Assembly: GCA_963705305.1 (NCBI GenBank) | Contig: OY970067.1 | Coordinates: 3,136,001 to 3,200,000, forward strand | From: an uncultured Methylomirabilota bacterium | GTDB lineage: Bacteria > Methylomirabilota > Methylomirabilia > Methylomirabilales > 2-02-FULL-66-22 | Reading direction: 5' to 3' | DNA: 64,000 bases | Shown here: positions 50,980-61,912 of the stretch, piece after piece | Position numbering within the stretch: the first letter of the stretch is position 1 | Layout: each line of letters opens with the position of its first letter | Position numbers and translations under genes: made by a program | Notes under the pieces: generated by a model | Told to the model about the DNA's origin: nothing | Database searches by the model: none | Seen by the model: the letters and a program-made list of their open reading frames with translations, nothing else

Positions 50980-52194
50980 ATGTTGCTGAGCGATGCGCGG
51001 ATCCGTCGCACGAAGCCCTCCGACAAGCTGCTAAAACTCTTCGACGGCAACGGGCTATTCCTCCTGGTGACTCCACAAGGGGGTAGGGGCTGGCGCTTTA
51101 AGTATCGCTTCGACGGAAAAGAGAAGTTGCTGAGTATGGGCACCTACCCCGAGATCTCCCTTGCCGTTGCCCGCCAGCGGCGCGAGGAGGCCCGAAGGCA
51201 GGTCGCCCAAGGTGTTGACCCTGGGGCCGTGCGGAAGGCCAAGAAGCAGGCAGCAAACGCAGACGTAGAGACCTTTGAGGTGATCGCCCGAGAGTGGCAC
51301 ACACGCTTCACCCCGACCTGGACGCGAGGTCATACCGTTACGATCCTGAGCCGCCTAGAGCGCGACCTGTTCCCGTGGATCGGCAAGCGGCCCATCACAG
51401 AGATCAAGGCGCCGGAACTCCTGGCGGTTCTGCGCCGGGTGGAGAACCGGGGTGCCCTCGAGTCTGCCCATCGTATCCGAACCATCGCGGGTCAGGTCTT
51501 CCGGTACGCCGTAGCCACAGGGCGGGCAGAGCGCGACCCGTCGGGCGACCTCCGCGGCGCGTTGCCGCAACCGGGTGACAAGCACCATGCAGCCATCACT
51601 GACCCGAAAGAGGTGGCGCCCCTCCTGCGGGCCATAGAGGGCTATCAAGGGCATTTCGTGACGAAGTGCGCCCTACGCTTGGCGCCCCTATTCTTTGTCC
51701 GCCCGGGGGAACTGCGACACGCTGAGTGGACGGAGATGGACCTGGACGAAGCCGTGTGGAATATCCCGGCCGACAAGATGAAGACGAAGCAAGCGCATGT
51801 GGTGCCCCTCTGCCACCAGGCGGTGGAGATCCTAAGCGACCTGCGGCAACTGACGGGTGAGAGTCGGTATGTCTTCCCGTCGGGGAGATCCTCATCACGC
51901 CCCATGTCGGAGAATACTGTCCTCGCGGCACTGCGTTCGATGGGGTATGACAAGGACACGATGACCGGTCACGGCTTCCGGGCGATGGCGCGGACGATCC
52001 TGGACGAAGTGCTACAGGTTAAGCTGGAACTGATTGAGCATCAGCTGGCCCATGCCGTGAGAGACCCCCTTGGGAGAGCCTACAATCGCACCACGCACCT
52101 TCAGGAGCGTCGGGAGATGATGCAGATGTGGGCCGATTACCTGGACGGGCTGAAGCAAGGGGCGGTCGTCTTGCCGATGAAGCGGAGAGTGTAA
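50980..52194 (+). CDS. P4-like tyrosine integrase (with arm-binding domain)
   Basis: DGNGLFLLV, GTYPEISL, RPGELR, HGFR, QLAH and AYNR. Confidence 0.95.
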   Translation: MLLSDARIRRTKPSDKLLKLFDGNGLFLLVTPQGGRGWRFKYRFDGKEKLLSMGTYPEISLAVARQRREEARRQVAQGVDPGAVRKAKKQAANADVETFEVIAREWHTRFTPTWTRGHTVTILSRLERDLFPWIGKRPITEIKAPELLAVLRRVENRGALESAHRIRTIAGQVFRYAVATGRAERDPSGDLRGALPQPGDKHHAAITDPKEVAPLLRAIEGYQGHFVTKCALRLAPLFFVRPGELRHAEWTEMDLDEAVWNIPADKMKTKQAHVVPLCHQAVEILSDLRQLTGESRYVFPSGRSSSRPMSENTVLAALRSMGYDKDTMTGHGFRAMARTILDEVLQVKLELIEHQLAHAVRDPLGRAYNRTTHLQERREMMQMWADYLDGLKQGAVVLPMKRRV

Positions 52195-52230
52195 ACGGAA
52201 CCTTTTCTTCGGATTATTATTGACAGGCGT

Positions 52231-52400
52231 CAGCACGATCTGCGGCACGACCTTGCGATCAAACGCTTGCGTGGCGGCGCCAATCCCGTCACGATCTCCT
52301 GTCTCTTACGGCACGCCTCGTGCCACTTCGCTGACCGGTACCTCCATCTCAACCGTGAGGACCTCCACCGGGCGGTCGAAGCTGGATCAAGGGATGCGGA
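52231..52400 (+). pseudogene. C-terminal remnant of a second tyrosine recombinase
   Basis: HDLRHDLA..LRGGANPVTISCLLRHAS..ADRYLHL. Confidence 0.65.
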
Positions 52401-52981
52401 CGCGGAGGAGAGTCCGCCGTCGGCCCCTCCACCCTCCCTACCCAAATCTCCAGCCGGGACCCTCACCGCCTACTCGATCCCCAGCGGCGCGCCTGAGCAG
52501 GATCATCCGATTCCCACCACGGAAGCTTCGGATCGGGGGTGACCCCCCAAATCGCGATACGCCATACCACGATTCGCTCCTCCCTCACGCCGCCTCCCCT
52601 CACCAGTAGAATCCGGCAGGCCAAATAGACATCAGGCCACGTATCTGCCATATGTTCACCTTTCCCGCATCATCGCTGCGCGGGAAGTCTCCTGAGTTTG
52701 TCCTCCGCGGTCCCGCATGAGGCCCATCCCCAATAATCGCATCCCCCCAGGGTCGCATGCGGGTGATCGCAAGAACACTTAGAAAATCTTACAGATTACA
52801 AATTCCTGCGACTGTCATAACCGAAAATCCTGGCAGAATCGTCATTGACGGTCCAATGCGGACCGGGGGCGCACTCCCAGAAGGATGGCTACCCCATAGT
52901 GTAGAAACCTTGGCCCTGACAGTCGGCGTAGATGGGTCAAAGTCCTGGGCGCGTCCGCGTGGCGGCTCTTCCCGGAGGGTG

Positions 52982-53194
52982 ATGACAATGTCTGAGGAGC
53001 CCTTCTTCTTGCGTTTACCGCAAGTCCTGAGGATCATCCCGGTGAGCAAGTCCACCTGGTGGGGAGGGATACGCTGCGGGAAGTTCCCGCGCCAGGTGAA
53101 GCTATCGGAGCGGACCTCCGCATGGCGCCGGAGCGACATCGAGGCGCTCTGTGACCGCCTGTCGGGCGCCAGCGGGAAGGAAAAGGAGCCATGA
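52982..53194 (+). CDS. AlpA family phage regulator/excisionase
   Basis: FLRLPQVL..IPVSKSTWW.GI..GKFP.QVKLSERTSAW. Confidence 0.9.
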   Translation: MTMSEEPFFLRLPQVLRIIPVSKSTWWGGIRCGKFPRQVKLSERTSAWRRSDIEALCDRLSGASGKEKEP

Positions 53195-53433
53195 GCGCGG
53201 CATCCTCCACTCTTGCCGCGCAGGCTGCCACCTCTGTGTTCGGCGCGATGCTCCACAGCCCCGAAGCGACCCGTCAGACGGTCGAAGCGCTGAGTCCGTC
53301 AGACTTTCCGACTGACGACTATCGCATCTGTTTTGTTGCGTTGCGAAATGTACAGCAACGGGGCGAGCACGTTGATTGCTTGACAGTCTCCATGCCGTCA
53401 GGCCAGGTACCACGACCAATGATTTCCCTCTAG
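53191..53433 (+). pseudogene. Truncated DnaB N-terminal-like domain
   Basis: VFGAML...LSPSDF...RICF.AL......VDCLTV, then loss of similarity. Confidence 0.6.
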
Positions 53434-53698
53434 ATCCGTCCCGGGGGAGTCTCGTCGAGTCGGGTGAGCGGCACCGGCCACCCGACAGCGATCCGCTCGA
53501 ACGCGGTCGGTCCTGCCGTTCGGGTCATTGCCCTGGACATCAGCGGGGCAGAGTCATTACTTTTTGGGGTGGTATCACTTGGCCGTATCGGTCTCAATGA
53601 GGCTGTGGGCCGAGGAGGGGGCCAAACGGGTGTTTCCGGTTGCCGCGGTTGCACATTAATTACATGCTAAGTATATAGATATATAGTAAGTAAATAAA

Positions 53699-53730
53699 TA
53701 CTTGACAAGTAATATTCACACGAGCATCAT
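53699..53730 (+). promoter_or_regulatory. Promoter with palindromic operator upstream of the AbiE-like operon
   Basis: AT-rich tract, then TTGACA (53702)-17 bp-CATCAT; palindrome TACTTG-A-CAAGTA over the -35. Confidence 0.55.
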
Positions 53731-53750
53731 TAGCCCAGCACAGGGGCCCA

Positions 53751-55007
53751 ATGGTGCCAGGAACAAAGATCGCCGCCGAACCCGATCAGTCAGCCGTTTC
53801 TGTGGCCCGCGAGGCCATCCTCCACGCCCTCGCGAAGCGCGGGTTCCAGGTTCGCGAGGAGGCAGTGCCCCTCCCAGCAGAAGGCCTGCGGCGCGGCCCC
53901 GTGCTGGATTTCGTCTTGGTACGCCAGCGGCGCCAGTTCGGCGTAGAAATCAAGGCCGCGCGTGAGCTCGCAGATTGGCTCTTCCAGTGGCTGGCCCGGC
54001 CGATCCTCGTGCTCCAAGCGGCGCATCGCCTCGAGGGCTGGGAACCGCTCCTAGCCTTGCATGTGGAGGGTCTCGATCCGCGAGGGGTGCGACGGTTCAA
54101 GGCCCAGGTGGCGCTGTACGCGCCGGGGCTCTGGTGGTTCATCCTGGACAGCCGGGGCAACCTCGCGGCCCATCTCCCCGGGGGCGACGAGCAGGCGATC
54201 GAGGACCGCGCTGAACGCGCTGGCTGGCCGTCTCGTGAATGGCGGTCGCCGCTTGACTTGTCTCGGCCCGGCTACGCCTCCGCCCGCCTCTCGTTCGGCG
54301 ATCTGGATCAGTGGCTCCTCAAGGTCCTGCTCTTCAGTCGCTCGCAGGGGAGCGAGTGGGGCGGGCCCCGAGGGGCCATCCGGAATCTGGCCCAACTCGC
54401 CAGGCTTGCCGCGGTGGCCCCACCCTTAGTGTATCGCTGGGCGGCCGCCGTGGAACGCAGCGGGTATTTAGCGAAGGTCATGGGCCGGATCCCCGTGCTG
54501 GAGGAGGGGGGGCGCCTCCTCACCGAGTGGCGCGGCCGGTATCGCATCAGTGACAACGAGGCCCTCGCCTGCGTCCCAGTCTTCGGCGAGCGGATCGACG
54601 CGAAATACCTCGCGGAGTTCCTGGACCGCCTTCGCCAGCTCCCGGCGGATGCGCCCGCCTTTGCCCTCACGGGCCACCAGGCCTGCCGCTTCTTTCGCCT
54701 GAAGCACTCCGATGCGCGCTCGGTCCACCTGTACGTGTCCGGGGATCCCTCGGCCCTCCTCGAGAAACTACAAGTGGTCCCGAGTTCCAGCGCCAGCGCG
54801 CCGGTCGTCCTCCTCCGGCCCCGGTATCCTCGGGGCGCCTTGGGGGGAGTCTCTCGCATGGACGGCGTCCCGGTCTGCGATGCCCTCCAGGTCTACCTGG
54901 ACCTGTACCACCTCCCGGACCGCGGCCGGGAGCAGGCCGAGGTGGTGCACGAGCGGATCCTGACGGCGGTCTTCCGGCAGGCGGCGGAGGCGCCGCATGA
55001 TCTTTAG
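53751..55007 (+). CDS. Type IV TA antitoxin-like (AbiEi-type) protein with N-terminal PD-(D/E)xK-like domain and HTH
   Basis: LDFVL..FGVEIK; LAQLARLAAVAPPLVYRW HTH; FALTG..A; LQVYLDL...DRGREQAE. Confidence 0.7.
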   Translation: MVPGTKIAAEPDQSAVSVAREAILHALAKRGFQVREEAVPLPAEGLRRGPVLDFVLVRQRRQFGVEIKAARELADWLFQWLARPILVLQAAHRLEGWEPLLALHVEGLDPRGVRRFKAQVALYAPGLWWFILDSRGNLAAHLPGGDEQAIEDRAERAGWPSREWRSPLDLSRPGYASARLSFGDLDQWLLKVLLFSRSQGSEWGGPRGAIRNLAQLARLAAVAPPLVYRWAAAVERSGYLAKVMGRIPVLEEGGRLLTEWRGRYRISDNEALACVPVFGERIDAKYLAEFLDRLRQLPADAPAFALTGHQACRFFRLKHSDARSVHLYVSGDPSALLEKLQVVPSSSASAPVVLLRPRYPRGALGGVSRMDGVPVCDALQVYLDLYHLPDRGREQAEVVHERILTAVFRQAAEAPHDL

Positions 55008-55869
55008 CTCCCCGGAGGCCTTCTTGGTTCACGTGCTGCGGGCGTTCGAACCGTACCTCGACCGGGTCGTCCTCGTCGGCGGGTTCGCTGTCCGCCTCTA
55101 CGAGCAGCACCCGCGGGCCATGCCGGCTGCCACCCGGATCCTCCGGACCTTCGATGCAGACCTCGCGACGCCGGCTCGCCTCCCGGTGCGGGGCCGTCCC
55201 CTGGCCGCGCTGGCCGAAACCGCGGGCCTCCGGCCGGACTTCCGGGGGGATCGCATCCCCCCGGTGATGAAATTCGTGTTCGCCCGTCCGTCCGGTACCG
55301 CAGAGGGCGAGGAGGAGTACAGCGTCGAGTTCCTGACCCCCTTGACAGGCCCGCCGGTCGATCGGAGCGGCCGTGTCACGGTCACGAGTGACGTCCAAAC
55401 CGGCGTGACCGCGCAGCGCCTGCGGTACCTCGACCTGCTCCTCGAGACGCCCTGGCGCGTGTCGCTCAGGGGGGTCGTCGGGCTCGAAACGGACCGGGAG
55501 CCCATGGCCGTCCAGGTCCCCCATCCGGGATGCTTCATGGTGCACAAGCTCCTCATTGCTGGGGAGCGGACGCACGAGGACCGGCGGGCCAAGGACATGG
55601 CCTACCTCTACCAGGTGGCCAGCCTGTTCCGGCGCGAGCTCCCGGCACTTGCGGGGGAGGTCCGGGTCCGAATGGAAGGGCCCGCCGGGTGGCGCACGTG
55701 GCTCGGGCGGGCGCGGCGGCAAGGAGAAGTGCTCTTCGCCACCTCCGCCTCCCCGGGAGTCATGGCAGCCCACCGGGTCCTCGCGGCCGAGCTGGCTGGT
55801 CAAGGGGTCGAGGTCCCCAGCCTGGCGATGACTCACATTGGCGTCCGCCTCTTCCTGAACGGATTGTAA
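54997..55869 (+). CDS. Nucleotidyltransferase (AbiEii/GSU2403-like)
   Basis: VLVGGFAV, RTFDADL, VEFLTP and PHPG.F.VHKL...RRAKD. Confidence 0.75.
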   Translation: MIFSSPEAFLVHVLRAFEPYLDRVVLVGGFAVRLYEQHPRAMPAATRILRTFDADLATPARLPVRGRPLAALAETAGLRPDFRGDRIPPVMKFVFARPSGTAEGEEEYSVEFLTPLTGPPVDRSGRVTVTSDVQTGVTAQRLRYLDLLLETPWRVSLRGVVGLETDREPMAVQVPHPGCFMVHKLLIAGERTHEDRRAKDMAYLYQVASLFRRELPALAGEVRVRMEGPAGWRTWLGRARRQGEVLFATSASPGVMAAHRVLAAELAGQGVEVPSLAMTHIGVRLFLNGL

Positions 55870-55901
55870 CCTCGGACCGAGCGGGTGCCCCGGAGATGAC
55901 C

Positions 55902-57173
55902 ATGGCGTCGTTCACGGTCCTGCACGCAGCCGACATTCACCTGGATAGTCCCCTGCGCGGGCTCGAGCGATACGAGGGCGCGCCGGTGGACCGGATCCGG
56001 GGAGCGACGCGCGAAGCCTTTCGGGCCCTCGTAGATCTGGCAATCGCGGAGGAGGTGCGCTTAGTCCTGCTCGCGGGCGACCTGCATGACGTGGACTGGC
56101 GCGACTACAACACCGGCCTCTTCTTCAATGGGCAGATGTCCCGCCTGCGGGAGCAGGGCATTCCGGTCGTCCTGGTGTCGGGCAATCACGACGCAGCGAG
56201 CGAGATCACCCGCCATCTGGAGCCGCCCGCCAACGTGACCCTGGCCCCCACCCGGCGCCCGGGCCGCGTGGAGTTCCCGGACCTGGACCTGGTGGTCCAC
56301 GCCCAGGGCTTCGCCACCCGCCACTGCGCCGAGAGCGTCCTCGGCGCCTGGCCGCCCGCGGAGCGGGGGGCCCTCAACGTCGGCCTGCTCCACACCAGCG
56401 CGGCGGGCCACCCCGCCCACGAGCCGTACGCCCCCTGCACCCTGGAGGAGCTGGCGGCCCTCGGGTACGACTACTGGGCGCTCGGGCACGTGCACGAGCG
56501 GCGGATCCTCCGCCGCTCGCCCTGGATCGTGTACCCGGGCAATCTCCAAGGACGGCACGTCCGGGAGCCCGGGCCCCGCGGCGCCTACCTCGTGCGGGTC
56601 GACGAGGGCCGGATCGGCGAGCCAGAGTTCCGAGCCCTGGACGTCGTCCGCTGGGCGCGTTGCGAGGTGGCGCTCGGGGACGCGGCCGGCCTCGGCGCGG
56701 CGCTCGACGCCATCCGAACCCGGTTCGAGGCGCTCCTCCCGGAGGCCGAAGACCGCGCGCTCGGCGTCCGGGTCCTCCTCACGGGGGCCACCCCCGCCCA
56801 TGTGGACCTGGTCCGCGAGCCCGAGCGCACCCTCAACGAGATCCGCGGCCTCGCGATCGACCTGGCTGGCGATCAACTCTGGATCGAGTCGGTGCACTGC
56901 CGGACCCGCTCCCCCCTGGCCATCGCCAACCTCGCAGCGCGCGACGACGCGATCGGGGGCCTTCTGCGATCGCTGGACACCCTCAAGGCCGCACCGGAGG
57001 CTGCGTTCGCCGCGATCCGGGCGGCGCTCGGCCCCCTGGACGCGAAGCTTCCGCCCGACCTCCACCGGGGTCCGGACGGGGTCCTTCCGGAAGACCTGGA
57101 CGCGCTCCGCACGCTCCTCGACGAGGTCCAGCAGGCGCTTGCGGCCCACCTGCTCGCCGGGGAGGACGCCTGA
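55902..57173 (+). CDS. Mre11/SbcD-like metallophosphoesterase (YhaO-type)
   Basis: ADIHLD, AGD, GNHD, LLH, LGHVH and YPGNLQG; alternative start 55896. Confidence 0.92.
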   Translation: MASFTVLHAADIHLDSPLRGLERYEGAPVDRIRGATREAFRALVDLAIAEEVRLVLLAGDLHDVDWRDYNTGLFFNGQMSRLREQGIPVVLVSGNHDAASEITRHLEPPANVTLAPTRRPGRVEFPDLDLVVHAQGFATRHCAESVLGAWPPAERGALNVGLLHTSAAGHPAHEPYAPCTLEELAALGYDYWALGHVHERRILRRSPWIVYPGNLQGRHVREPGPRGAYLVRVDEGRIGEPEFRALDVVRWARCEVALGDAAGLGAALDAIRTRFEALLPEAEDRALGVRVLLTGATPAHVDLVREPERTLNEIRGLAIDLAGDQLWIESVHCRTRSPLAIANLAARDDAIGGLLRSLDTLKAAPEAAFAAIRAALGPLDAKLPPDLHRGPDGVLPEDLDALRTLLDEVQQALAAHLLAGEDA

Positions 57174-60100
57174 TGCGCTTCCTGCGCCTGCGGTTCCAGC
57201 AGTTCGCGCACTTCCAGGACGTGACGCTCGATCTCGCCGCTGGCCAGGAGGGGCTGCACCTCGTCTACGGAGCGAACGAGGCCGGGAAGAGCGCCGCCCT
57301 CCGCGCCATCCACGGGTTCCTGTTTGGCATTCCGGTGCAGAGCCCCGACACCTTCCGCCACGGCGGCCCGGCGCTCCGGGTGCACGCCACCCTCCGGACC
57401 ACCGACGGAACGGTCCGTACCCTCGTGCGGCGGAAAGCGGCCAAACAGACCCTCCGTGACGCGGCGGAGCAACCGGTCGGCGACGAGGTCCTCCTGGCCC
57501 TCCTAGAAGGTGTCCCGCCGGAGCGGTTCACGCTCCTCTTCGGGCTCGGGCACGCCGAGTTGGTGGGCGGTGGGCAGCAGCTCCTAAAGAGCGGGGGTGC
57601 GGCCGGGGAGACGCTGTTCGCTGCGGCCGTCGGTGGAGTCCGGCTCCAGCGGCTCCTGGCCGATGTGACAGCCGAGGCCGACCGGCTCTTCAAGCCCCGC
57701 GGGGAGAAGCTGCCCCTCAACAAGCTGCTCGAGGACTACAAGCAGGCCGTCTCGGCGGTCAAGGAATTCAGCACACCGGGCAAGGCCGTGGCCGAGCTCC
57801 GCACCAGGGAGGAGGGCCTCCGGCGGAGGATCGACGAGGTCGAAGGGGAGGTCCGCGCCCATCGCACTGAAAGCGCGCGTCTGGAGCGCCTGCAGAAGGC
57901 CATCCCCTTGCTCGCGGAGCACCAGGGGTACGCGGGCCGGCTGACCGCCCGCGAGCATGCGCCGGACCTCGCGGAGGACTTCCCGGCGCGACGGCAGAAA
58001 GCCCAGGAGGCCTTCGCCCGACATGCTGCCGCGGCCGAGCAGGCGGCGGGAAAGCTGGAGGCCCTCGCCTCCGAGCTGGAGGCCCTCGTCATTCCTGAGG
58101 CTCTGCTGGCTGAGAGCCAGGCGATCACCCAGATCTACGGGGAGCTCGGGCAGTACCAGAGTGCGGTGCGCGACCTGCCCACCCAGGAGCGCCTCCGGGA
58201 CAGCCACACGGAGGCGGCACGGAAGATCCTCGTAGCGCTCCGGCCAGACCTGACCCTTGAGAACGCCGAGGGACTCCGGGTCCCGGCCGCCCTGCGCGAG
58301 CGGATCAGGGAGCGGGGGGAGGCGCTCCACCGGGCCGTGGGGAAGGTCGAACAGCTCGCCACGGCCCCGGCCGACCTCCGGGGCCAGCGCGAGGTGCTCG
58401 AAGGGCGGTTCCAGAAGATGCCTGAGCCGCCGGAGACCGAGCCCCTGCGGCAGGCGCTGCAGCTCGCCCGGGACGCCATCCCTGCGGAACGGGAGCTGGG
58501 GGAATGCGCTCAGGCGCAGCTCGAGATCGAGGGGAGGGCGGCCGTTGAACTGGCTCGCCTCGGCCTCTGGACCGGATCCCTGGACCAGTGTGAGCGCCTC
58601 CCAGTCCCCAGCACGGAGTCCCTCGAGGCCGCCGAGCTGGCCCGGGCGGAGGTCATGGCCGATCTGTTCGATCGACAGCGCCGGCTGCGGGAAGCGAGGG
58701 AGGACCTCGCCCGGGCTCTGGAGGCCCTCCGGGCGCTCGATGGAGCGGGCGCCGTCGCGTCCGAGGACGACCTCGCCGGCGCGCGGGAGGAGCGGGATAC
58801 ACAGTGGGATTCGATCCGGGAGCGCTGGCTGGCTGTGGTGCCTGAGGCGCCGGCCGATCCTGCTGCGCTCGACAACTACGAGTCCTCCGTGGAGGAGGCC
58901 GATGGCGTGGCGGACCGGCTCCGGCGCGAGGCGCAGCGGGTCACCCAGCACGCCCAGTTCACGGCCGAGCGAGAGCGCCAGGCGGAGCTGATCCGAGACC
59001 TGACGGATGAGATCGGCGGCCTTGAGCAGCGCGCGGCGGAGCTCCAGCGGGGATGGGAAGAGACCTGGAGCGCCTGCGCCATCCAACCCCACCCGCCGCG
59101 GGAGATGCGCCCCTGGCTCCAGCGCCGCGAAGCACTGCTGGCCCTGGCGGAGGAGCGGCGTGCGCTCCAGACGCGCCAGCGGACGTTGGGAGAGCAGGTG
59201 GCCCATCGCCGCCAGCACCTCGGGGAGCGCTTTGCCGGGATGGCGGGGGAGCGCGGGGGCCCGGAGGAATCGCTCCAGGAGCTCTGCCCCCGGGTGGACG
59301 CGTGGGTGCAGGGGGCCGAGCGGCAACGGCAGGAGCGCCTGACCTGTGACCGGGACCGGCAGACGCTCGACAACCAGGTGGCACGTGCCGAGGGCGAACT
59401 CGAGGCTGCCAACGCGAAGCTGGATGAGGTCCGGGGAAGTGGAGTGAAACCCTGGCGCCCCTGGGCCTGGACTCGGGGGTGACGCCCGGCGAGGCGCAAG
59501 CAATGCTCGACCAGATCGCCGCGCTCTTCGCCGCCCTCGAACGGGCCCAGGAGCCCGCGGGCCGTGTCCAGGAAATCTCGACCTTCATGGCCGACTACGA
59601 GCGACGCGCCCGGAAGGTGGTGGACGCGCTCGCCCCCGATCTCCTCGATTCCTTGCCGATTGACGATGCGGTGCGCGCCCTCGAGCGGAGGCGGGATGCG
59701 GCCGCGAAGCAGGAAGTGCAGCGGGATGCCCTCCGCAAACAGGCACAGCAACTCGATGGGGACCGCGAGGCGGCGGAGCGCGATCGCGAGGCCGCCGATC
59801 GCCTCCTGGCCGAGCTACTCGCGGAGGCGGGCTGCCAGGGCATCGGCGAGCTCCCGACCGTGGAGGCTGCAGCGGCCGAGAAGCGGGAGTGCCGGAAGCA
59901 GCTCGCCCGGGTGGAGGCCCTCCTCCGGCCGTTTGCCGGGGCGGGGACGCTGGAGACGCTTGCGGCGGAGTCGGCTCTCGTCAATCCGGACACGCTGCCA
60001 GCTCAGCTCGCCGCGCTCGACCGCGAGATCAACGACCTGGACATCACGCTGAAGGCCCTCTACGGCGATGCGGCCGTGGCGCGGAACGAACTGGCGGCCG

Positions 60101-60672
60101 TGGCGGGCGACGACCGGGCGGCCGAGAAAGCGAGCGAGGCGCAAGCCCTGCTCGCCGGGATCCGCACGGAGGCCGGGCGATATCTCCGGGCCCGCCTGGC
60201 GGCCTCGCTGCTCCAGCAGGAAATCGAGCGCTACCGGGAGACCCATGCGGGCGACTTGGTCAAGGCGGCCGGCGCGCTCTTCGCGCGCGTGACCTGCGGG
60301 GCGTTCAGCGGCCTGGGCGAGCGACTGACCGAGAAGGAACAACCGATGCTCGTGGGACTCCGCGCGGACGGCAGCCGGACCGAGGAGGTCACGGTAGAAG
60401 GGATGAGTGCCGGGACCCGGGACCAGCTCTACTTGGCCCTCCGGTTGGCGTACCTGGAGCGGCATCTACAACGGAACCCACCGTTTCCGCTCATCCTCGA
60501 CGACGTCCTCGTGAATTTCGATGACGAGCGGGCCGCAGCCGCCCTGGCCGTGTTCGGCGAGTTCTCGCGGGGCACCCAGGTTATCCTCTTCACACACCAT
60601 CAGCACCTGCGCGAGCTGGCCCGGGCTGCCGTGCCGGCGGAGATCCTGTTTGAGCACGAATTGATTGCGTGA
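57173..60672 (+). CDS. Rad50/SMC-like ATPase (YhaN/AAA_27); frameshift near 59435
   Basis: Walker A GANEAGKS, long coiled coil, MSAGTRDQ signature, LILDD and FTHH; adding one G to the run at 59433-59436 joins the ORFs. Confidence 0.88.
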
Positions 60673-60839
60673 GGCCTGCTGTGGTGGAGCGCACCGCCCC
60701 AAGATGAGTGAGGCTATTCGCGTACTGATAGTCCTGCTGGCCGTAAGCGTGCGGAATCCTGGTGAGAAAGAAAAATGCCGTCCCCCTCGGGGACCGGACT
60801 GGAGTGCAGGCCCGCGCAGAGGGAAGCGGAGGGTTGCAC

Positions 60840-61859
60840 ATGACTGTTATCATTCAGTCGAGCGAGAAATACGGCCTCGTCGCCCTCCCGACGAACTTCG
60901 TGGACTCCACGGTTCCGCCGGCCATGAAGCTTGCCGAGGGCCTCTGGGCCACGCGCGCTTTGCCCACCGAGCTCGCAGATCACTGGAGGACGTGGATTGG
61001 CAGCTTGCAGGCCGACCGGATCGAGAAGGCCGAACTCTTCCTTGTGGCCACTGGTCCCTCAAAGGCGCCGGATATCCTGGATGGGGAAAACGTCGCGCTG
61101 CAACACCGGGTGGGGCACCTCTACTGGGGGCTGTTGGTCGCGGCGAGCATCAGGACGGAGGCGGACCCAGTCCAGATGACCGGGGCCTTCCGCGCTGACG
61201 GCATTGATGTCCGTCAAATGCGCGAGCTGGACAGGCTGCTGTGGGTCCCTGGGGCACCAGCGTGTTGGATTACACGTGCGCTCCTTCAGGAGGCCGCGGA
61301 ACTGGAGCGAGCGATTGCGCGATTTGATCCCCTGCCCAGGAAGCCGCTCATGAATCGCTTCGGTCACGTGGTCGAGGCCTTCTCCTCGGGCGTCAATCAC
61401 CACCACGTGGAAAAGCGCCTCCATCAATTCGTTCGCTGTGTGGAGGGCCTCATCCGTCCGGACATCGGGTCCACCGAAAAACAGTTCAAGTCTCGCACCG
61501 AGCTGTTCCTCGGGCCGAAGCACCATAGCCTGATCGAGCAACTCTACCGGATCCGGAGTGCAGTGGAGCATCTCCATGATCCGCTAACGCCGATCATGGC
61601 GGGATCCGTTCCCGACCAAGTCCGGATCCTGTTCCAGCGGGCATACCAGGCCGAGGCCCTGGCCAGGTACTGTGTGAAACGCCTGCTCCTCACGCCCGAC
61701 CTCTGGCCGCATATCAGGGATGATAAGGCACTCGCCGCCTTCTGGGCGTTATCATCGGAGGAGCGGATGCGCCACTGGGGCCCTCCGTTGAACATGGACT
61801 TGGTCTCGAGCGAATTTGCTCCCGAGCAGATCGACAACGGCATGCTTGGCGTCGCCTAA
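60840..61859 (+). CDS. HEPN-domain protein (ApeA-like layout)
   Basis: Helical C-terminal domain with CVEGL and Rx4H motif (YRIRSAVEH); RBS GGAGG. Confidence 0.6.
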   Translation: MTVIIQSSEKYGLVALPTNFVDSTVPPAMKLAEGLWATRALPTELADHWRTWIGSLQADRIEKAELFLVATGPSKAPDILDGENVALQHRVGHLYWGLLVAASIRTEADPVQMTGAFRADGIDVRQMRELDRLLWVPGAPACWITRALLQEAAELERAIARFDPLPRKPLMNRFGHVVEAFSSGVNHHHVEKRLHQFVRCVEGLIRPDIGSTEKQFKSRTELFLGPKHHSLIEQLYRIRSAVEHLHDPLTPIMAGSVPDQVRILFQRAYQAEALARYCVKRLLLTPDLWPHIRDDKALAAFWALSSEERMRHWGPPLNMDLVSSEFAPEQIDNGMLGVA

Positions 61860-61912
61860 GGATGGGCAGCGGGACTGGGAGCGCCCCGAGGAGTTGAGGC
61901 AGGGCCTTGCGC

